DNA of 64,000 nt, from contig JBDKFG010000029.1 in the NCBI GenBank assembly GCA_039798785.1, positions 13,124-77,123 on the forward strand, written 5' to 3'. Of this stretch, positions 57,345-64,000 are shown piece after piece; the stretch's first letter is position 1, and each line of letters begins with the position of its first letter. The notes under the pieces were generated by a model that was not told the origin of the DNA, ran no database searches, and saw only the letters and a program-made list of their open reading frames with translations. This DNA is from Verrucomicrobiota bacterium. Its GTDB lineage: Bacteria; Verrucomicrobiota; Lentisphaeria; Lentisphaerales; Lentisphaeraceae. Both the position numbers and the translations under genes were made by a program.

Positions 57345-58787
57345 ATGTTACTCCGCGCCGCGCTGCCTCTGCTCCTTCTCGCTTCCTGCACTAGCCAGCC
57401 GAAGGCGGAACCTGGATTCAGCTATCCCTATCGGACTTGGGCGCCCTTGCCTGAAAGTGCCTGGCCGACTCTTCCCGAACTGCAGACGGCCGCCGATGCG
57501 GGCCAAGGCGGAGCCTTGTTCGAGCTCGGCGACGCCTATGAGCTGGGCCTGGGTGTGAAACCGGATCTGGCCAAGGCGCAAGAGCTCTACCGTCAAGCCG
57601 GCGCCCGAGGCGAGCCGCGAGCCCTGGTCCGCCTCGGCTGGGGACATCAGACCGGTATCTGGGGCAAGGTTGACATCGCCGCCGCTCTCGACGCCTACGT
57701 CGCGGCTGACGCCTTGAGCTGCCCGGAGGCCAGCCTCGCCCTCGCCCGCCTCTTTGCGGAGGGCGCAGACGGAGCGCCGAAATCCGAGGCCATGGCGGAG
57801 TACTGGTATCGACGTTGTCTTGCTGTCATTGAGGGGAGGAAGAAGTATCGCGACAACGCCGGAGTTCCCTTTCGCGAATTGATGGTGATTCTGAACCGCC
57901 GCCAGGATGAGGCGACCACGCGTGAGATGGGGCAACTCCTCGAAGCCTTCCTGGATCGCTACGAATACTTCGATGTCGATATCCCGGTCAGCCTGCTGGC
58001 CGAACGCCATCTCAAGGGGATCGGAACTCCGGTGGACATCATCAAGGCTTGGCAGTGGCTTAATCGTCAGGACACCGGGGATTTGCTGAAGGCGCAGCTT
58101 TATGAACGAGGTGTCGGGGTTCCGAAAGATCTGGAAATGGCGAAAACGCACTATCGACATGCGGAATGCCATATCTCGTACCTTTCTTATTCGAGTCTTC
58201 CAGCGGGTGTCGAATCCTTGCTTAGTGAGAATTGGTGTACAGCCTCGTTGGCATTGATGCGCCTGTCACCTGAAGAGGCTGATGAATTCCGGGGCTTTGC
58301 GGGCAGTTTTGTCTCCTGCTACAAAAATCTCCCTCACTTGTCCAAGCCAGATGAAGTTCGCCGACAATTGCTTGAGTTGCATGCGAGTATTCCTGGTAAA
58401 TGGGCAGAAAATTATTCTGTGCTCCTCGCCGTGGCCTGCATGGGGGGCAAAGTCAATTGGGCGGAATTGGAAGCGGCCGCATCTACAACACCTCCGATGT
58501 ACCGACACTTCAGTGAAATGAGAGTGTTGGAAACCGCTTTGGCACCGAATGCCCCGGTGAGTATCCCAGCCGCTTTGTATCCCCATCTTTGCAGCCGTTA
58601 TACTGATGAGCAATGGCAGGAGTTGAAAAGCTCTAAGTCGCCCAGTCAAATCCCTTCCCTGTATCTCGGGTTTCACAATACCCAGGATTTTCATCACGCC
58701 CGCCCCTTCCGCACGCCGCGGGATCTCCAAGAAGAAGATGCCCGCGAGACCGGCGGCCTCCGGCGCGTCAAGAATATCGAGCGTTGA
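57345..58787 (+). CDS. Sel1-like repeat lipoprotein (copy 1)
   Basis: Lipobox LASC; Sel1 repeat ALFELGDAYELGLGVKPDLAKAQELYRQAG. Confidence 0.85.
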   Translation: MLLRAALPLLLLASCTSQPKAEPGFSYPYRTWAPLPESAWPTLPELQTAADAGQGGALFELGDAYELGLGVKPDLAKAQELYRQAGARGEPRALVRLGWGHQTGIWGKVDIAAALDAYVAADALSCPEASLALARLFAEGADGAPKSEAMAEYWYRRCLAVIEGRKKYRDNAGVPFRELMVILNRRQDEATTREMGQLLEAFLDRYEYFDVDIPVSLLAERHLKGIGTPVDIIKAWQWLNRQDTGDLLKAQLYERGVGVPKDLEMAKTHYRHAECHISYLSYSSLPAGVESLLSENWCTASLALMRLSPEEADEFRGFAGSFVSCYKNLPHLSKPDEVRRQLLELHASIPGKWAENYSVLLAVACMGGKVNWAELEAAASTTPPMYRHFSEMRVLETALAPNAPVSIPAALYPHLCSRYTDEQWQELKSSKSPSQIPSLYLGFHNTQDFHHARPFRTPRDLQEEDARETGGLRRVKNIER

Positions 58788-58872
58788 TTCGGACATCGAC
58801 TGGGGCTCAGCCTTTTCTTGCGTTCGCCTCCGCCTTGTCGTAGATTCAGCTCATCAACCTCGAGGATCTCTC

Positions 58873-60357
58873 ATGCTTCTCCGCGCCGCCCTGCCTCTGC
58901 TCCTTCTCGCTTCCTGCGCCAGCCAGCCGGAAGAACCCGATGAACTGGAACCGGTTTTTAGGTACACTTCCAAGCTCGTGACCATGCCACCCGGGCAGAG
59001 CTCAGTTGTTGTCGGTGAAAAAGAAATCGCTGAGGTCATGCGAGCATGGTCCTATGTCAGCCCTTGGCCCGAGATGGTCGAGCTGCAGAAGGCGGCGGCG
59101 AATGGCGTCCCGGCGGCGATGTTCGAGTTGGGCGACGCTTATGAACTCGGGCTCGAGGTGAAGCAGGACCTGCCCAAGGCGATGGATCTCTACCGCGCTG
59201 CAGCAGCGAAAGGCCATCGGAAGTCCATCGTCCGTCTCGGCTGGTGCGCCGAAAACGGCATTGGCGGAGCGGTCGATGGCGGTGCCGCCTTGGATTTCTA
59301 CGTTGCGGCGGCCGCAAAGAAGTGCCCCGAAGCCTGCCATTGCTTGGGGCGGGTCTTTGCCTCGGGATCGGCCGGAGTGGCCCGCTCGCCGTCGATGGCG
59401 GAGTACTGGTATCGGCGCGAGCTGCAACTGCTGCCCAAAGATTCTCGCAAGCGAGCCGCCGTTCATGTCGCTTTGATGCAGGCTTGGGCCACAGCGGCTC
59501 AGCCGGATCTGCCCAAAATGGAAATCTGGTGGAACGAAATCAAGTCTGAAGAGGGCACCCTGGAGGACTACGACACTTGTCGCGCCGGGACCCTGCTCGC
59601 GAAAGCCTGGCTGGATGCAGGCGATACCCTCGGCAATCACCGCCGCGCTTGGGAAATCCTGCAGGAACTGAGATGCACAAATAATGGATTCCTGCGCGAG
59701 CACAGCGCACCCGTCGAGGCTCGCATCTTTGCCGCTGGACTGGCCGTGACGCGAGATCTGGCGCGAGCGAAAAAATGCTACAGTTCCCTGATGTTCTTCC
59801 CGGGAGCATCTGCACGCAAGATGGAAATCCAGGCCATGGCGAAAGGAGTTCGCAGCGTCGCATTCTGGGCTGAATGGCGAGATGCCTTCGCCGCCAGTGC
59901 TTGCGATCGGGCGTCGCAATCCGGTCTTCTCTCGCTGCAGAAGCAGATGCCTGCGGATCTGCCTTTGCGCTTGAGCTACGAAGTCCGCCTGCGAGCGGCG
60001 CTGCTGGGGGCTCCGATCCCTCTCGATCAACTGCAGCGCGACGCCGCCGCCGTGAAAGGAGAACAACACGAAATCGAACGAGACGCCCTGAGCCTCGTCC
60101 TAAAAAAACCCTCAGGCTTCCCTTGTCCCCCGGAAAGCTTGATGGCTTTTCTCCGTCCTCGATTTTCCGAGGCTGAATGGAGCTTGATGGAAAGTGAGAA
60201 CTGGCAATTGCAGCATTTTCTCCGTCGTAGCAGATTCCCCCAAGAGCGATTGGATCGCCCCTTCCGCACCGCCCGTGATCTCAATGACGAGGAACTCAAG
60301 GTCGATTCCATCATACCAGCTGATCTTCGTGCCCGAAGCCGCAAGGATTTTCTTTGA
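58873..60357 (+). CDS. Sel1-like repeat lipoprotein (copy 2)
   Basis: Same signal MLLRAALPLLLLASC; Sel1 repeat AMFELGDAYELGLEVKQDLPKAMDLYRAAA. Confidence 0.85.
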   Translation: MLLRAALPLLLLASCASQPEEPDELEPVFRYTSKLVTMPPGQSSVVVGEKEIAEVMRAWSYVSPWPEMVELQKAAANGVPAAMFELGDAYELGLEVKQDLPKAMDLYRAAAAKGHRKSIVRLGWCAENGIGGAVDGGAALDFYVAAAAKKCPEACHCLGRVFASGSAGVARSPSMAEYWYRRELQLLPKDSRKRAAVHVALMQAWATAAQPDLPKMEIWWNEIKSEEGTLEDYDTCRAGTLLAKAWLDAGDTLGNHRRAWEILQELRCTNNGFLREHSAPVEARIFAAGLAVTRDLARAKKCYSSLMFFPGASARKMEIQAMAKGVRSVAFWAEWRDAFAASACDRASQSGLLSLQKQMPADLPLRLSYEVRLRAALLGAPIPLDQLQRDAAAVKGEQHEIERDALSLVLKKPSGFPCPPESLMAFLRPRFSEAEWSLMESENWQLQHFLRRSRFPQERLDRPFRTARDLNDEELKVDSIIPADLRARSRKDFL

Positions 60358-60414
60358 TTTTTCTCGGGCCGGAAGCTCGAGCCACGATGACAACGCATAA
60401 CCCGGATTCCCCCC

Positions 60415-61776
60415 ATGCTTCTCCGCGCCGCCCTGCCTTTGCTCCTTCTCGCTTCCTGCGCCAGTCAGCCGAAGCCCAAGATTCCTCCCGGGATGAAGTA
60501 TCTCCAGACTCCGCTGGCCGAGATCGACAAGGCGGCGCAAAACGGTGAGGCCGAGGCGCAGTTTGAATTGGCCGAAATCTATGAGCTCGGAATTGGGGTG
60601 CCGGCCGATCCGGCGCGGGCAAGGACGCTCTACGCCAGCGCCGCCAAATCGGGACATTTGCAGGCCCGTTTGATGTCCGCCTTCTGTCAGCAGGAAGGCA
60701 TCGGCGGCGCCGCCGATCGCGGCGCCGCCCTGGATGCCTTTTTGCAATTGGACTCGGAAGGCTGCGGGGAAGCGGATTTCGCCCTCGGCAATTTCTTCGC
60801 CTATGGATCTCTGCGCTCGCCGCAAATGGCGGAGCACTGGTATTGGCGGGGATTGCGGGCCGGCGATGCTTCCAGCGCCTCGGCCTTGCGCGCTTTGTAT
60901 CAGCAGGAGCGAGATGCCGATCGGCGCGTCGCTCAGTTGCTCTCTTGGTACGAGGCGCTGGAGGATCGCGGCAATGAAGACCTCAAGGGGGCGAAACCGA
61001 CTCTGCTCGGCGCCCTGCTGAAACAGAAATCTCCCGATGTCGACAGGGTGCAATCCTTGCTTTCGGATCTGAAGGAAGTGGAGTTCCCGGGAAGATTCAT
61101 CGCTACAGTCCGTGGCTACGAGAGTCAAGTTTATGAACGCGGCTTGGGCGTGAAGATCGATCTCGACAAGGCGCTGACCTTGGCCACTCCGGAGCGCACC
61201 CTGCCTGATGCGCCCATTCGCGACTCATTTGGCCGTATCGGATCTTTATCCAGGTTGCGTTTGAATCTGAAGCTGGGCAAAGGCGATCCCCGGCAACTCT
61301 GGTATGATTGGGGCCAAGCCTGCTCGAGCCACCCTGATGCCGAGGCCGAGTTGCTTGAGTTTTATTCCCGGCTGCCGCCTTACGCACAGTTCGAGGAGGT
61401 GCCGGCATCTGCGGAATTCGAGCTTCGGCTCAAGGCTGCACTCCTCGGTGCCCCGGTCGGTGCCAAGCAACTGGAGAGACTCGCCAAGGCCTTGCGTCCC
61501 GAGGATCTGCATCGCGGCTGTCACAACGTCGCGAATTTCTGCTTCTCCCGACACCGCGACGCGGCGATTCCTGAGCCCGCCCAGAGCTTCCTGAAGGCCT
61601 CCCTGCTGCCGCAGGATTGGCAGCAGCTCAAGGCCGCTTGGGAAGGGACAGTGCCCTGCCCCCGCCCGGTCCAGAGCCAACGTTGGAATCAGCAGCAGTT
61701 CCAGAAGATGATGTCGGGCTGGAACGAGACGGTGAAAAATCTCGAGAAGCCCAAGTCTTGTATGCCCGCCCTCTGA
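60415..61776 (+). CDS. Sel1-like repeat lipoprotein (copy 3)
   Basis: Same signal; Sel1 repeat AQFELAEIYELGIGVPADPARARTLYASAA. Confidence 0.85.
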   Translation: MLLRAALPLLLLASCASQPKPKIPPGMKYLQTPLAEIDKAAQNGEAEAQFELAEIYELGIGVPADPARARTLYASAAKSGHLQARLMSAFCQQEGIGGAADRGAALDAFLQLDSEGCGEADFALGNFFAYGSLRSPQMAEHWYWRGLRAGDASSASALRALYQQERDADRRVAQLLSWYEALEDRGNEDLKGAKPTLLGALLKQKSPDVDRVQSLLSDLKEVEFPGRFIATVRGYESQVYERGLGVKIDLDKALTLATPERTLPDAPIRDSFGRIGSLSRLRLNLKLGKGDPRQLWYDWGQACSSHPDAEAELLEFYSRLPPYAQFEEVPASAEFELRLKAALLGAPVGAKQLERLAKALRPEDLHRGCHNVANFCFSRHRDAAIPEPAQSFLKASLLPQDWQQLKAAWEGTVPCPRPVQSQRWNQQQFQKMMSGWNETVKNLEKPKSCMPAL

Positions 61777-61811
61777 ATTGACCCCCAGCTCCTCGTGGCT
61801 TCCCTAAGCCC

Positions 61812-63182
61812 TCACTTCCGATAGGCGCTGTGCTCGCGGCGGCGTTCCGAGGTCCACCATTCGGCGGTGTTTTCGGAGACCAGTTCATAGAGGGTCGCCT
61901 GCTTGCCTTCGGCGCGGCGGAGGATCCGGCCGAGGCGCTGGACGTGTTCGCGGGTCGAGCCGGAGCCGGAGACGACGACGCCGACCGAGGCTTCCGGGAC
62001 GTCGACGCCTTCGTTGAGGACCTTCGAGGTGGCCAGGACCGGCCATTCGCCGGAGCGGAATTTCTCCAGCATGGTCTTGCGTTCGCCGGGGCGGGTGTGG
62101 TGGGTCAGCACCGGCACCAGGAAGGAGCGGCCGATGGCGTAGGCGGTGTCGTTGTCGGCGGTGAAGATGATGATCCGCTCGCCGCGGTGCTCCTGGAAGA
62201 TGGTCAGGAGCTGGCGCATCTTGCCGCGGCCGCCGCGGGCGATGCGGCGCTGTTCGAGCCAGGCCTGGAAGACCTCGCGGCCTTCGGGACGGCGGGCGCA
62301 AAGGGCGATGAACTGGCCCCAGCCGTTGGAGTTGGAGAAGCTGATGCCGTTGTCGCGGACGAATTCGAGGTAGCGGCCGCGGCAGGAGCTGTAGCGCTCC
62401 ATCTCGTCCTCGTCGAGCGGCGCGATCAGGCGGATGGTGCGGTAGGGGGAGAGGATGCTGCCGGAGATCTGGTCGATTTCGAGGCGGTAGGCGAGGGGGC
62501 CGGCGAAGCGGTTGAGCAGTTCGTGGCCGCCATCGCTGCGTTCCGGGGTGGCGGTGAGGCCGAGGCGGAAGGGGGCGAGTGCGAGGGTGGCGGCGAGGCG
62601 GGTCCGCGGCGAGGGCAGGTGATGGCATTCGTCGAACACCAACAAGCCGAAGAAGTTGCCCAGCTGCTCCATCATCAGGGCGGCGGAGTCGTAGGTGGCG
62701 ACGGTGAGCTCGCGCTTGTCCTTGAAGCCTCCGCCGAGGGCACCGACCTCGCGGCCGAAGACCTCTTGCAACTGCCGCTGCCACTGGTGCATCAGGTCGA
62801 TGGTCGGCACCATCACCAGAGTCGGCCGCTTGGTCATCGCGATGGCGAGGAAGGCGACGAGGGATTTGCCGGCGCCGGTGGGGAGGACGACGGTGCCGCG
62901 GCGCCCCTGGGCCTTCCAGGCGGCGATCGCCTCTTCCTGGTGCTTGCGCGGCGGCGGGATCTTCGGCTCGCCGAAGTCGACCGGCTCCCAGGTCTTGGCG
63001 AGATCGAGGAACTCGTGTTTGCCGTGCAGGGTCCGGACGATCGCGGCGTAATCGAGGGCTTCGGCCCGGAACTTCTTGACCCGCGGGTCCCAAGTGACCA
63101 GGCCTTCGAGCGGCCCCGGCTCCTTGTCGGCCAGGCCTTCGACCAGCAGGGTTCCTTTGTCAAAACTGAGGGTGATCTTCAC
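61812..63182 (-). CDS. Superfamily II helicase, XPB/Rad25-like
   Basis: PTGAGKS, DECHH, GLTATPER, LNEGVDVP and QRLGRILR motifs; start at GTG 63182 or 63215. Confidence 0.9.
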   Translation of the reverse strand: MKITLSFDKGTLLVEGLADKEPGPLEGLVTWDPRVKKFRAEALDYAAIVRTLHGKHEFLDLAKTWEPVDFGEPKIPPPRKHQEEAIAAWKAQGRRGTVVLPTGAGKSLVAFLAIAMTKRPTLVMVPTIDLMHQWQRQLQEVFGREVGALGGGFKDKRELTVATYDSAALMMEQLGNFFGLLVFDECHHLPSPRTRLAATLALAPFRLGLTATPERSDGGHELLNRFAGPLAYRLEIDQISGSILSPYRTIRLIAPLDEDEMERYSSCRGRYLEFVRDNGISFSNSNGWGQFIALCARRPEGREVFQAWLEQRRIARGGRGKMRQLLTIFQEHRGERIIIFTADNDTAYAIGRSFLVPVLTHHTRPGERKTMLEKFRSGEWPVLATSKVLNEGVDVPEASVGVVVSGSGSTREHVQRLGRILRRAEGKQATLYELVSENTAEWWTSERRREHSAYRK

Positions 63183-63291
63183 GGATGTAGGGAATTTGGG
63201 GTTGTTTCGCCACACCTTAGACCGGGATTCGCCTCAAGGAAGCTGGAAAGCGCGGATCACTCCAGCTTCTTCGCGCGGAAAGCCCCGCGGA

Positions 63292-63792
63292 TCAGACTTG
63301 CCCGCCGCACTCCTTGCAGAACTTCGCATCTTCCGGATTCAGCGTGCTGCATTTGCGGCAACGGATGAGTACCACTTGCTGAGTCTGCGTACCCAGTTTG
63401 ATGTCGGCTTCGTCGAGGGCATCTTTGACCATTCCGCCCGCCTGGCGGCTGTAGGGCTCGAGATCTTCACGAGCTTGTTTGGGATTGAGGACAATGCCAG
63501 AACCGGCGAGACCGCGGGCGCCGATGTTTTTGATGAAGCCGCCAAAGATCATCAGGACGATTCCGATGGGAGCGCGGATGAAGCTGCTGGTCATTCCTGA
63601 CGGGAAATGCTCAGTCTGCTGGATGGCGCCAGGATATGAAGAGGAGATGACCGGATGGCTCGAAGGACCGAAGTCCGACAGGGCGGAAAAAAACGACACA
63701 AAGACCGACAGGAAGAGCAGAAGCCCAAGCCCCTGCAGTCCGCTGCCAGCGTAATAGGCCAGTTTTCTCTCGGGGGAAATTTCATCGGACAT
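63292..63792 (-). CDS. Membrane protein with a C-terminal zinc ribbon
   Basis: Two TM segments; CRKC..N..AKFCKECG; GAGGAG RBS. Confidence 0.8.
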   Translation of the reverse strand: MSDEISPERKLAYYAGSGLQGLGLLLFLSVFVSFFSALSDFGPSSHPVISSSYPGAIQQTEHFPSGMTSSFIRAPIGIVLMIFGGFIKNIGARGLAGSGIVLNPKQAREDLEPYSRQAGGMVKDALDEADIKLGTQTQQVVLIRCRKCSTLNPEDAKFCKECGGQV

Positions 63793-63957
63793 GTGCAGCT
63801 CCTCGGGTTAGGTGCCGAAGTTAAGCTAGTGCCGCGGCTCTGCGATTTCCACTTTGACGAAGAAATCGGAGGCGATTCAGCTTCAGCTACCAATCGAAGC
63901 GTTGATCCTAATCCGACTCCGCCGGAACCGAAGCCTGCGGCGCGGGACAAGGAGACG

Positions 63958-64000
63958 CAGGGCTGCCGCCCCGCACCCCGCTTGGGGTCGCGACCCCAAA
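63958..64000. repeat. Probable REP-like element cut by the window edge
   Basis: GGGGCTGCCGCCCC and TTGGGGTCGCGACCCCAA palindromes. Confidence 0.5.

Noticed and set aside
57345..61776. Integron cassette array
   Set aside because: No attC-like structures between the genes and no integrase.

Overview
This is a GC-rich bacterial chromosome segment of about 48 genes, probably from a PVC-superphylum organism. That assignment is inferred from the PSD1/DUF1549-DUF1553 plus DUF1501 pair, the sulfatase and the ECF-kinase pair; the taxon is not verified. Housekeeping genes include glpQ-glpD-glpT, two rRNA methyltransferases, lptD, bolA, sua5/tsaC, a DnaQ-like exonuclease, sulP, bioD, a pseudouridine synthase, trpG/pabA, gcvH, pepP, oppAB, mscS and an XPB-like helicase. 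These are interleaved with exported repeat-protein families: three ankyrin-like proteins and three Sel1-like lipoproteins. Most notable observations: (1) A hydrazine-synthase-like module at 18562-24558, made of an HzsA-like protein with carbohydrate-binding-type end domains, a beta-propeller/di-haem peroxidase (HzsB+HzsC-like) lipoprotein and an IclR regulator. Its promoter shares a 14-bp palindrome with the divergent promoter at about 1.07-1.14 kb. (2) A family of sense-oriented intergenic cassettes bounded by inverted (GGTTGAAA)n arrays; one array lies between the best start codon and the body of a GHL10 gene and puts them out of frame. (3) Two adjacent rRNA methyltransferases with related disordered N-terminal repeats. 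(4) An ECF sigma factor coupled to a kinase carrying a zinc-finger anti-sigma motif. I recognised no rRNA, tRNA, CRISPR array or transposase. All calls rest on motif recognition by eye; no database searches were run.
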